Below are positions 26,080 through 37,299 of a stretch of DNA of 64,000 bases, one piece after another. Each line of letters starts with the position of its first letter. Position 1 is the first letter of the stretch. This DNA is from Haplodiscus bocki (lineage: Eukaryota), in contig OZ296648.1 of assembly GCA_965655095.1 (NCBI GenBank), positions 41,354,001-41,418,000 of the forward strand, in the 5' to 3' direction. The notes under the pieces are model-generated. The model saw nothing but the letters and a program-made list of their open reading frames with translations, was not told where the DNA came from and did no database searches. A program made the position numbers and the translations under genes.

Positions 26080-29050
26080 AGGAAAGGAAGGGAAAGGAAA
26101 GGAAAGTTTAATTAATTGAATACAATATTGGTACAATAACATATGGATATCGAGAAACTTCCGTTTAAATGTATTCAATAAGGACAGAGAATGAAGTTTT
26201 GCACCTCTTCGAGCCTCTGCCCTGCCGGAATCAATTAAGAAACCTAAGCTTAACTAAATGATAACTAAATGGAACTCGGGAAAGGCCTTTTGAAGACAGG
26301 TTTGACGAAAAAATTTATGGCCCCTATTGAAGATGTATTGGTATGAAGGAGTTATTTGGCGTAATTATTCCGGATGGAAAAACCTTCCTAGCGTCGTCCC
26401 GCCAACTAACGTGACAAATATCTTTTTGAATCAATTTTTTACATGTTGTTTTGATATTCAAGTTTTCGGCTATTAGATCGAATTCTTTCATCAAGTTGTA
26501 GCCTTTTCAGATATTTTCAGTAGACGTTGACTTTATTTTCGCTCGGCTAAATTCAACGAGCAGCATTCATACTCTGTTCTACGAGTATCATATGTGCATC
26601 GGTTATTAACTTTCATTAGTAAATCAAGCGGGGACTCGTGTTTCAGGTTTTCTATAGCCTCACTGAAAATATCTAATGCATACAGTTCGAAAACAGTGAG
26701 AACTTTGTGTTTCTCAATTGTTTCTTTGAGAGTATCAACCTTTTGAAAAAAATTGCTGGCCAGAATCTTCACTGTGCTTTTTCAGTTTTTTCGAAAATGA
26801 TTTTGGCTGCACTACCGTAAACTAACAATCCATACCTATTCACCGATTCTGAACATGAATTATAAAACAGGAGTAAACAGTTTCATGGATGAAGATGTCT
26901 CACTTAATAAAGCAGGCCATTGAATCGATTCAGTTCTCTGACTAGGTAGTCGATACGATCTGTGAATCTCATTTTAGCATCAACGCGAAGTCCCAAATAC
27001 TTAAACGTAGCTTTTTGCGGTGTTTTTTGTTTCATTAGCTTGATACATTGTTGTTCTCCTAGCCCAAAAGTCATAACATTGCATTTTGAAGCATTCACAG
27101 TCAATCTATTTGATGTGAACCAAACCACCATTTTGTCTATGTCCTCTTGTACTTGACATTCTTTGCTTTGCCAGCTTTCACCAGAGATGAGTCATCGGCG
27201 AGCGTTGCCATTTGGTTGTGTTTTTTTCGCATAATCAGGTGAATCATTGATGAAAATTAGGAGGAAAGGTCGTAAAACTGACCTTTGGGGTACCCTCTGT
27301 GGTAATTTTCAAACGTGTTATCTTTTCTGATCCCAAAAGACTTATTGCAATCTATCTTTCAAATATTCATCAATTGAATCATAAATTGATTCCAAATAAC
27401 CATTAGTCCAGATTTTCTGAAGCAAAACGTTATGATCAATAAAGTCAAAAGTTTTTTTAAATCAAAAAAACATGCTTGGCCGCCGAGTTTAATATCAATT
27501 TGAATTTTCATTTATTCTACTATTGTGGAAACCGAATGCGCGCATGAGCGCTTCGATCTGAAGCCAAACTGTATTGGTGAAGAAAATTTTTTCTTTTGGA
27601 AAAAACGTTTCATGCACTTATATAACAATTTTTTGAAAAGCTTACTCCAGAGGTTAGAAGGCTACTCGGACGATATTTTTCAAGATTATTCCGATCTCCC
27701 TTCTTGAAAAGCAGAAAAACGTTAGCAATTTTCAAGCAATGCGTATCTTTGCATTCTTCCAAAGAGATAATAAAGGCTTTTACTAAATATTTTTTCAGAT
27801 TTTGCTGAACAACATTTCAATTTTTTCTTCCTGATTTCATCTTGGCCAGTACTTTTTTGTTTCCAACTGTTTCATCAATTTACAAATTTCATTTTCACCT
27901 GTTTGTTACGAAATACTTTTTCAAGGTTTTAATATCCTGTGGCGGAACACTATCCCGATTTTTTGCGAAGTGTGTCATCAGAGTTCTGTATATAGATTTT
28001 GCGGCAGGATTTATACCTAATTTTTGGTAAGTACAGGATTGCGTTTGATATCAAAGACGTGACTAAGTTAAGTTGGCGGCTATAAAACTCTCGGTTTTCT
28101 TGTTTTCGATTGATAATACTTTGCTGGATCAGACTATCTTTTTTTGGTTATCGCAATTTGATCCTTTTGTTTAGCCAATCGTTCGACGACGACTTTTTTT
28201 AGAAAGCGTATCGCTTCGGTGCAAATCGATAAACACCGTCAAGAATGGTTCAGGAAAGGTTATGAATTGTTATATTTTCTTTTTCGAGTTTCATCAATTT
28301 TTGATCGAATGAGAACAAAAAGTTAACAACTTTTTCTCCTTCGATGTTCTTCAGGTTTCTAGTTTTGAATAAATTTTGCTGTTTTTACTGGGAACTTTCA
28401 GTGTCTCCATGTATTTCGCCAACAACTGTATAATGATCACTGAAGGTTGTTTTAATTGTTTTGTGTTTGACGGGAAAGTTTGTTAAAAGATGATCCAAGC
28501 ATGTTGATGATGTTGGTGTGACTCTAATGGGCTCTAAATTCCGGAGCTTGATACAACAAGTGTTAATGAGTCTCTCGTAATCCGACTTATTTTTGCTTTC
28601 CTATTTTGTATCAATGTTAAAGTAACCAAACATTATTGTGTCATGTTTGAGAATTCTTTAGAATTGCAGCAAGTCTTCGAAGTCGGGTAAAAAATCTTTC
28701 ATTTCATTCGATTGTGATCTATACACAACACAAAAATTTCACAATATTTTCCTCCGAAATCTACTTAGATTATCGTGCATACTATTTCAGTTTTGAAGTG
28801 GCGCAGAGTGTTTTTCAGTGATTTCTCTACGTAAAAAGCAACTCTGCCTCTGGTAATTTTCTAAGTCAAGACTTTGGTTAGTTGTTTTTTCCTCTTTTTG
28901 TTGTCTTTTCTGTATCGTTCTTTGTCAGCCATTTTTCTGCTTAATTTATCACTTTCATTGGTTGTCTAAAGTTTTTAACTCTATCTGAGTTTTGTCAAAA
29001 TGACAACGAAGTGATTGGATATTCAAGCCTAAAAAGAAGTTCTTGTTATC
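26080..29050 (-). mobile_element. Degraded CR1/L2-clade LINE ORF2 (APE endonuclease + RT) with 3' UTR and (TTTCC)n tail
   Basis: APE motifs: LNIQSL, EKWLT, RGRVAFYV, CVVYR, FGYFNID, IRVTPTSSTCLDH, SDHY. RT motifs: YRPSSLL, QFGFR, FDFIDH, VPQRSVLRP, LADD, FKYLGLRVDAKMRF. ATTAAA + TTTCC repeats at ~26080-26115. Confidence 0.9.
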
Positions 29051-30639
29051 AGCTGAGAAATCAGATCTTAATTGATTCGCAAAAAATAAGTGATTCGCTT
29101 CCTAATCATGCTACGTCCTAATTGGTGTAGTATCAGAACAATTGAATCAGACAATACTTGACTGATTTTACCTGTGGAAATCAGGAAGAGACCAAAACAT
29201 AGCAAAATTCCATTCCAGGGAAGTCAAAATCTGTACCATATTATAGCCATAGTGCGTGTCTTTTAATAACAAAATCCCAAAAACAAAAATGTTAGTTTAC
29301 ATGCTTATGAAATACTATTCAGTTTCAAATTTTTGCCAATGGCATCCCTGTGTAGAAGGAAAATATCAAAAAGGTTTGTTTTCTACTAGATTATAGAGTC
29401 TCCAGTAATAAAGACCTCCTCTGTTATATGATTGCAGAAACATTGAAAACTTTCAGAAAAAGTACACAAACATTGCCGTCACAAAAATTTACTGGTATAT
29501 CTTGAAAGCTTTCAATATCATTGAGCAATTAGAAAGAAAACACAAGGAAAAGTGAAAAGTCAAAAAGACCGTTCGCAGTCTTTTTTTAAAAATATACTTC
29601 AAACCATTTTGTATCATTGTATGATACCATTTGCGCCGAATCCAGGCAAGTAAAAAACATAAAAACAAAATTCTTTACGCTAGGCTCGCAAAAAGCAAAG
29701 CGCAAAGCACTATAAATAAACACTTCTCATAACGAAAGCGTTTTTGAAGGCGTGGGTAGAAAAACGGACTAAAATTCAAGTTTTCCACAATCCTATGGTG
29801 AAATTTCGCCAAAAATGAGCTATTCTGCTCAACTCAAACTTGATAAAAACTTGGCAAGCTTCTTGCCGATCGATCATATCCGTGGCATGATTACGAAATT
29901 CCATTCATGCCATAACGCAGAAGGCACTTAATACCGGAAAAAGTGGACTTCTGAGAAATGTGGATTTTCTACGCCAAATTTTCATTTGTTGCCCAACAAA
30001 AGGAATTTTTCGACACTATAAAACTTTCATATAGCTGTGTTGCTGCAATGGTAATGCAATTAGGTAAAATGGGAGCTTTTGAACGTCTATTTCAGATTTA
30101 CTGGAGAAAATAAAAAATCGGAAAAAATGGGAAACTGTGATAAAATGCAATTTCGGATTCTTTCTCGCTAAAACTGAACCAAAAACACAATTCTTTTATC
30201 CAAGAAACATGATAATGCCAAATTGCGCTTTGCAAAGCAGCTGGCAAAACCAGCTTTTAACTATAACAGAATAACCATACAAAAATTGCATTCAATTTTT
30301 TTGTTTGAGTTTTTTGAGGAAACTTGATTTTTCAAGTTCGTCGTGTAACAATTCAAAGAAAAGAGTCCACGGAAATGCGGTTCGACTTTTGCGATCGTGC
30401 ACTAGTTTTGAATCTTTTTGAGCTCATTCGACAGGATATCGAAACGAACCAAGCCTTTTGCAGTCATTGGAGCTGACAAAAAATTGAGAAAATTTGAGAG
30501 TTTTTATATTTCGGAAAGAGTTCGCCAAAACTGCAATAAACACGTGCCAATCTTTTCCGCAATTTTCGCAAAGAATGAACTTTCGCTGCGTTTTTGATTG
30601 TAAATGAACTTTCAAACAAAATCTGGTATTCTTAGAAAT

Positions 30640-31160
30640 GTTTTCCAGAGGAACTTTGAATTTTTTTTCGACAAAATTCGAAATTTTAGATTTTTATTCG
30701 AGCTTTGAGCAAAAAAATTCGACTGTTTGGCTGGTATTCCCAAAATGGTTGTTACAGCTCCAGACTTTCATTTTCGGACTGAAAATTTATTTTGCAGACT
30801 TTCTAATACTTCTTTTTTTTGATCTGTTAGTGACAGATTTTTTGCCCGGTGCTCTCAAAACGTGTCCAAAGGAACATTTTGGGAAAAAATTGGTAAAAAT
30901 CCATATGTTTTTTGGTCTTTGATTGAAAATTTTTTACTTGGAGCAAAAAACTTTCGGCAGGGTTGTCAAAACAAAATTATTCGCCTCCAAAGGAACAATT
31001 TTGGGGGAAACTGAACAAAATTGTTGTACATTGTTCGAACTTTCAGTGAAATATTTTCATACTTTGAGCAAAAATTTTTAGAATTTGAACAAAATATTTT
31101 CGGCAGGGTTGCCAAACCTGTTTTCTAAGTGTCCGGTTGAACAAGTTGTACAATTTTTTT
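30640..31160. repeat. Short degenerate tandem repeat cluster
   Basis: Recurrent ttgagcaaaaa..tttcggcagggttg.caaa.c and gtgtcc motifs. Confidence 0.6.
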
Positions 31161-31269
31161 TCGAAGTTTTCGCAGTTGACGCAACTAGAAGGGCAGTTCA
31201 TTTGGCAAAAAAGGTCTACATTCTGAGGGACTGTTTTTTTCGTATTACACAAAGCGACTGAAAGAAACA

Positions 31270-31638
31270 AGCGATAAGGAACCAGTTATAGTAAACGTAG
31301 AGATTTGGAAAATTGGAGTCAAATTATCAAAAGCCGTGGACAATGAGGTATGTTACAAAGCTGGAACCGGAAAGAAGGAGAAACTTAGTCACGACGATAG
31401 GCTCTCAGTCCACCGAGAAAAAAAACACATCACCATTGGATTTCTGAAAAGAAAAGTATTTTATGTATCTGAAAACGCAATTGTGATGTAATGCCGTTGA
31501 TTTCACAAAGAAACTAAGAAACCACCAATATATAAAATGACACATCGCATCTCAATCTGTCTACCAACATCATGGAGTCTGTAAGGTTGATACTAACTTG
31601 ATAGGACGAGCTTGAGGAAAAAAAGCCACCAGAGGGGG
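31270..31638 (+). mobile_element. Gypsy integrase C-terminal remnant and PPT
   Basis: GKLESNYQKPWT and SHDDRLS (cf. KLxxxWxGPY..VHxDRL); purine tract agaggggg at 31631-31638. Confidence 0.4.
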
Positions 31639-32622
31639 TGTAGAATTTTCAGGAATTTAACTTCCAACTCGATTAAACCGTAGTACCACTGTCCACGAGA
31701 CGGGGGACGGGCCGAGATCCACAAAATAATTATAACTCCAAAATCAATCAAAGGAGGATTCAACTTCGGAGGCGGTGGGGTTCTTCTGCAAAGTATATGC
31801 CTAACTCTGTAATTTTTATCGTTCAACTGAGAAGGGTGTCTCGTAGCTCTTTGACTGTTAGTTACGTAAATTGAAGAAGTTTGTGTCTGGCAAAGATTGT
31901 GAATTACTTTCTCACAGACAAATTTTCTCCGTCAATAAATACACTAATAATAAGATAATAATTGTCAACACAATAACTGCAGATAATATAGTTGGTTCAG
32001 ACTCACACATCCAATAATATCAGTTTAAATATCTCAATAAATACGTTTTATTTCATTAATAGCATCGAATAATTTGGAGACAATTTAATACTATAACTTT
32101 CCGTTGATAGTCAGTAAATCTCTCACTTCTACCGGAATTGGATCGAACACCAAAACCACAACTCAACAATTAATAAACGAAGAATTTCAAGTCTCACTAG
32201 ATTTTCGAGCGAAGAACTAATCGAATCTAACAGTCCCGGACTCTCCAACAACACTTCTCAAAATTACGATTTCCCAACTTCAGACCTCGACTAAGTTGAA
32301 GAAAACAACAAACGGCTTTAAGCAAAGTAGCAACTGCCCGGCAATTCAACTCACTTTCTTTTGGCAGCGTTTCGGGACGCTCCTTTCGCTTACGGCACTC
32401 TTGGTTTCGTATTTTTACCGCTAGGGCTATTTTCGGCCTTGTTATTATTCATCCGGTTAATCGCATCCAATAATTCGTAAAATGACTTATCAATTTTTCG
32501 CTAATTAATTCGTTTATTTCACTTCGGTGCAAATTTCATCAGTTTTGGTACTACTCGGTGTTTATTTTCTCTGCTTACATCAGTTATGATTAATTGATTT
32601 TGGTCGTATCCACTGGCAAAAC
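31639..32622. mobile_element. Candidate solo LTR (~980 bp) inserted in the G-tract
   Basis: Begins TGTAG, is flanked by GGGGG on both sides (31634-31638, 32623-32627) and contains AATAAA. The right end is AAAAC, lacking the terminal A. Confidence 0.4.
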
Positions 32623-34480
32623 GGGGGTGGTAAAACTGAGTAAGAAAATACCTCTTCGTTTCCATTCGTTTATGTCACCATTTTGATTGACAACCTCTTT
32701 CGGCTGATGTGTCAGCTATTATATTCGTCGCGAGTGACCAAGTACTTCCAAAATAAGTGGTTAAAATATCTTCCCTGACCATTCCCATCGTAATATCCAT
32801 GCAAAAATAAATGTCCGAAAAAAGGCGTAATTTTTGTCTAAAATTCAAAAATTAATTGTGTCTATCCTATACGTCCTAAATATAAAATGAGCACATCATT
32901 ACACGCGGTATTTAATGTAGTTTTTGGCAATGTATACTTTGTTATAGTTATTTTCAATATTCATGGTCGAAAAATTCGATTTTCTGAAAGTACTCAAAAT
33001 TTCATATCCGAAAAATCGATTTTTGGTCACTTTGAGGTCATTTTTCTCAACTTATAATTTTTTGCCAGGGCGGGGGTGATATTTTCCTGTTAGTAAATTT
33101 AAGTTAAAGTATTTTAACGCAAAGATGAGCTCTCTAGCTGGTCTCAAAAAAAAGTTATTCAATTTTCCGCAAAAGTACCGATTTTGGCCATTTTTGACTA
33201 CCTGGGTCCACATTCAAAGTCAATTTTCTCAACGTACAGGCAAAATTTCGAAAAATCCTCGATCTATTTCCTGGGGGAGGTTATTATGAACATTGTGTTA
33301 AATTTTCAGCTTTCTATCTTCAAAAAGGTGCGGGGGGGTTAGCCGTTTTGCAAGTCGACATTTTCCAAAAGCCGTGATTTTAGTCAGTTGCAATTTTGTG
33401 GGGCGGCCATTTGTAGCTTGCTTGTTCTATTGTTATTCTTCATTCCTCCCAATAATAAGCTTTCATTCGCTGTTAATATGGTCGATTTTTATTGGATATT
33501 CGTTAACTAATAAGCGAAAAACTGCGATTTTTGACGATTTTAGGCTATTTTGGGCGTTTTTTGGCGATTTCTTACTGAGTTCTCCAAAATGACAGATTAT
33601 AATCGATTCTTTTTTTCAAGGACATTAGTCCATTCAAATATCTTTCGTTTAAGACTAATACGAGCCATTTCTGATGCGTGATTCACTCAGAATAAATTTT
33701 TAACTGAAGTCAATTTGGCCATTTCCGGAGTGCACTTTTCGGTTACTACAATTTTTCAATATCTTAAATTCGTCCGATTTTGCTGATATTCCAAACTTAA
33801 GTTTTCCTATGGATGTAGTTTACAATGTTGAAAACCGTTTGTCGATATCTTTCTTCATCTTTGAGAAATAAGCAAGCAAACATTGGGGAACATTAAAAAA
33901 ACAGGTCTAATTTTGAGCAGCGAGAGCGTAAATATGCTAATACGTGGGGTGGTGGCGGCCGTGTGCGTGGTCAAAATTCACTCCAAAAGCACTCCTATTG
34001 TATTCTTTTTGTATTCATAACACTTTGTTTCCACTCCGCTTTCACTTTTATGCGCTTCTAAAGTTGCAACTGAACTGCGAAATCACAATTTTACCATTTT
34101 CCGGACCGTAATAATTTTCGTTTTAATTTTTCGACAACTTTTAATTTTCAGAATGCGGTGAAAATCATCCAACTTGTTTGTCTTGGAATGTAGTTTTTAT
34201 TGCTGAAAACCGTTTTGCTCTATCTACAATAGTCTTTGAGAAAATGGACGTCAAAGTTGGGGTTCGAATTAGACCAACTTTTAAAACTTATGCTGCTGTT
34301 GCTTTTCTATGTTAATACACGTGACAAGGTCGTTCCAAAATAACTAATACTTGCTCCGCGGCTTGTGCACATTCCAACGTAGTGCTTATTCAGTTCAATA
34401 TCATTTTTCACGTATCATTCTCACTGCTAAATTTCACTCAGTTCACGTGCACTGACACAGCAAATTTCAATATTGCAAAA

Positions 34481-35560
34481 ATGGCAAATATGATTGATTT
34501 GGGTTCTAAACGTAAACTCTCTTATTATTCTAATTTCGAAACACGTAGTTTAAATGTTTTAGAGCTTATGGAAGGCATTTTTGGCCCTCCTCCTATTAAT
34601 CCCGTTAATATTGAAGATTCCCTTATTAATGAAAATTGGCCCCGTTTTAATGTTATTTCCGATGTTAATTTTACTGTTAATTCCCCCCTTGTCCCTTGTA
34701 TCTTGTCTGGTGTTAATGTAAAGCCTACGGGCGTATTAAAAGTGTTCTGTGATCATCCTAATTTAACTTGGAACCATTTAACTAACATTCCCTCGCGTCC
34801 CTTAACCGGTATTACCAAAGGTCCCGAGTATGCCGTTACCCGTAGTTTTATAAATTCCATCCAGGCCGATATGAACTTCAGCCATTGTTTAACCCCGTAT
34901 TGTTTTGTTGATCAGATAATTACTAGTTGTATGGGATTGTTAATAAAAGGACCGTGGTTCAGGTACGCTCATACAGAAATCGGCGGCGGCGCTTCATTTG
35001 CTTTACTGAACACGGGAATCAAAATTTGGTGCGCTTCAACTTCATCTACCGGTACTCGCTTCTTCGAACGGTGTTGCCACTCCCCCGAAGGCTTTATAGA
35101 ATTAATGCAGCGGGGTCCCCGTGAACGAGAGTCGCGCTATCTGCAGTTTACTTTTCAACGTCCCGGCGATTTAATTTACATTCCTCACCTCCTTGCTCAT
35201 GCCGTATTAACCTTGGATACTGGTTCGCCGACGATTTTATCTGGATGGGACGCCGCCACCACTACAAATCAGGAGATTATCATACAGATTTTGGATGAGT
35301 ATACTTTTGGTGTGCGTCGTGGTAATTGGCGCGAAATTTTCCGTGAAAAGGGTTTAGTAGCATTACGTGAATGGGTGTTTTCTCCAGCAACGGGCCCTCA
35401 GGAAAGTAAAAACAAGTTAGTAAAACATTGGCAATATTGGGAAAAATATAGTCCGGACTTATTAAACACGTTATCTATCGAGGGGCCTGTCACTAACAAA
35501 AAGGTAAAACGGCGTCCGCCTATTCATACAAAGGAATTTCGCTCCGCGCATTCTTCTTAA
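34481..35560 (+). CDS. Intronless JmjC-domain Fe(II)/2-oxoglutarate dioxygenase (KDM2/KDM7-like motif pattern), 359 aa
   Basis: HTEIGGG (HxE, His at 34970), GIKIW (2-OG Lys), QRPGDLIYIPHLLAHAV (distal His at 35198); basic C-terminus KKVKRR; AATAAA at 35702. Confidence 0.9.
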   Translation: MANMIDLGSKRKLSYYSNFETRSLNVLELMEGIFGPPPINPVNIEDSLINENWPRFNVISDVNFTVNSPLVPCILSGVNVKPTGVLKVFCDHPNLTWNHLTNIPSRPLTGITKGPEYAVTRSFINSIQADMNFSHCLTPYCFVDQIITSCMGLLIKGPWFRYAHTEIGGGASFALLNTGIKIWCASTSSTGTRFFERCCHSPEGFIELMQRGPRERESRYLQFTFQRPGDLIYIPHLLAHAVLTLDTGSPTILSGWDAATTTNQEIIIQILDEYTFGVRRGNWREIFREKGLVALREWVFSPATGPQESKNKLVKHWQYWEKYSPDLLNTLSIEGPVTNKKVKRRPPIHTKEFRSAHSS

Positions 35561-35927
35561 TCATCACACACAGGTTATTATCAACGTTATTATTTTGTTT
35601 GTAGCCTCCCCTCTGACTATCAACGCAGAAAAATATTGGAATTAAAGCGGTTAATTTTAAACAGTGATTAATAGTGACAGTAAATACCAGGTTTGAAAAT
35701 TAATAAATTAATAAGGTCATAAATACATTTTCTAAAAATTTCTTTTTGTTTTTTTTTATGAATCCCATATCCCCCCCAATTGGACTACTACTCTCCCGAT
35801 TAGTTGCTAAAGCGGATATATAATATTTTATTCAATTTTACACGCACATAACAACAAAAATTACCCCGCAATGTTACACAAATTTACTTTTACGTCTTTC
35901 AGTGCCCGTTATTCTTTCGTTCCGCGC

Positions 35928-36808
35928 TTATTGGGTTGAGCTAGACTGCCCCGACGCCATGGCCAATGCCTTTCTTTTCTCTATTGCCTTCTTCATTTTA
36001 TTCGCCGGTGAAAACACAACAGCGGCGGTGGTATCCACACTCTCGGCATCACTGTCCACTGTTACATCTTGATCTGGGGCGCTCGATCCAGCCGCCACTC
36101 CTGGGGTCTGCGAAGCTGTAGAAGGGGGCGCGTTGTCAACCCTGAGGGAAACAGTACTCCCCGTGAAGGTAGAGGCTGCACTCGAGATTGAGGGCTGAAT
36201 ATGGGATAGCATTGCCCTTTGGAATCGAGCAATGTCCACTCTCTGCCTCTGCGGCGGTTGAGGATATAGCTGAAAGTGGGGTGTCTCGGGTATCTCCCCT
36301 TGCTGAAGGTCCCTCCATAGGTATTGATGGAGTGGCGCCCGCCAGTGGAAGGGGGTGCTCATGGGGTTCCCCTCTGCTGCAGGAGCTTCGTCCGGCAATG
36401 CTAATATCCTGGTCATCGTCAACATGAAATTGGCCCTTTCTGGCATTTCCAAAGAAGCTCTGATTACCCCAAACATGACTTCCCGGAACATTTCACAATA
36501 TAGACTCAGCTTCATCCACTGTGGATACCAGAGGGCATCAAGGGCGCAATACTTCTCCATATGTAGGAAAACGTGGTCGGAGTTAGGATGGGGACTTTCA
36601 ATTTTGTTTAACTTATAGGTTGCTATTGGGTTCCCCACGCGTAGAGTCAGGGGCAGAATCCCAACAGTCGTTGGCATATTGGCCTCTCGCACCTCCTCGG
36701 GGCTTCGTTGTAAAATCTGTTGGCGTGTGGGTATCCCGGAAAATTTCGGAGCATCGAATCATTCACGGAAGGTGCAGTGCTCACGGGTGTTGGAGTGTAC
36801 GGCAACAT
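35928..36808 (-). CDS. Orphan protein convergent with JmjC (254-aa open frame; probable true ATG at 36808 via one frameshift near 36759)
   Basis: GC-richer open frame with a globular-looking N-half, a Ser/Ala/Asp-rich tail and basic KMKKAIEKRK; minus-strand AATAAA at 35827-35832. Confidence 0.65.
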
Positions 36809-37299
36809 TTTTCTTCGTTTCTTTTTCTTTTAAAACTTTACTTTTCTTCAAGAGGCTTAGCAAGACGTTAGAATTTTCGGTTTTAAGCAAGAGAGGATTT
36901 CAACTGGACGCAACAAAAACTGAGTAACAACTGACGGCGAAAATAAATTCTCTCTCTACCGCGGCGGTTATTTATCCAGGGAACATGATTCACGTTTTGA
37001 CGGTTCGACGCAAATGTTTTACTTCCTTTCATCTTACGTAACATCGAAAAAACTAATTTAGCAACCCATTGTCTTCATGTTCCTATTTAGTTTGTACGTG
37101 AAAATGCATCAATTTTTTTATTGGCACAATAATAAAAGAGTACGATTTGACCTGTTGATGGCTATTTAAAGTTAAAATAACTTCTCTAGCGCAGTTAGTG
37201 ATATATCAGAAACAACCAAGTGACGAACATTACAACAATGCAATGAACAGTCAATTAAGGGGCCAGAACCGCGAACAGCAGGCAATCAATTTTTTTTCG

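Larger units (their letters stand above)
32718..37045. mobile_element. Putative gene-carrying DNA/rolling-circle element cassette (boundaries approximate)
   Basis: Left end TTATATTC-GTCGC-GA-GTGAC (TTATA + short hairpin); 1.6-kb non-coding arm with an internal direct repeat (33815-33890 vs 34190-34262); two long clean ORFs amid decayed retroelement DNA. No TSD found. Confidence 0.4.

Noticed and set aside
35561-35670. 31-nt mini-intron extending the JmjC C-terminus
   Set aside because: It lies after the TAA stop, has a weak donor, and the protein-like downstream frame is not the one splicing would give.
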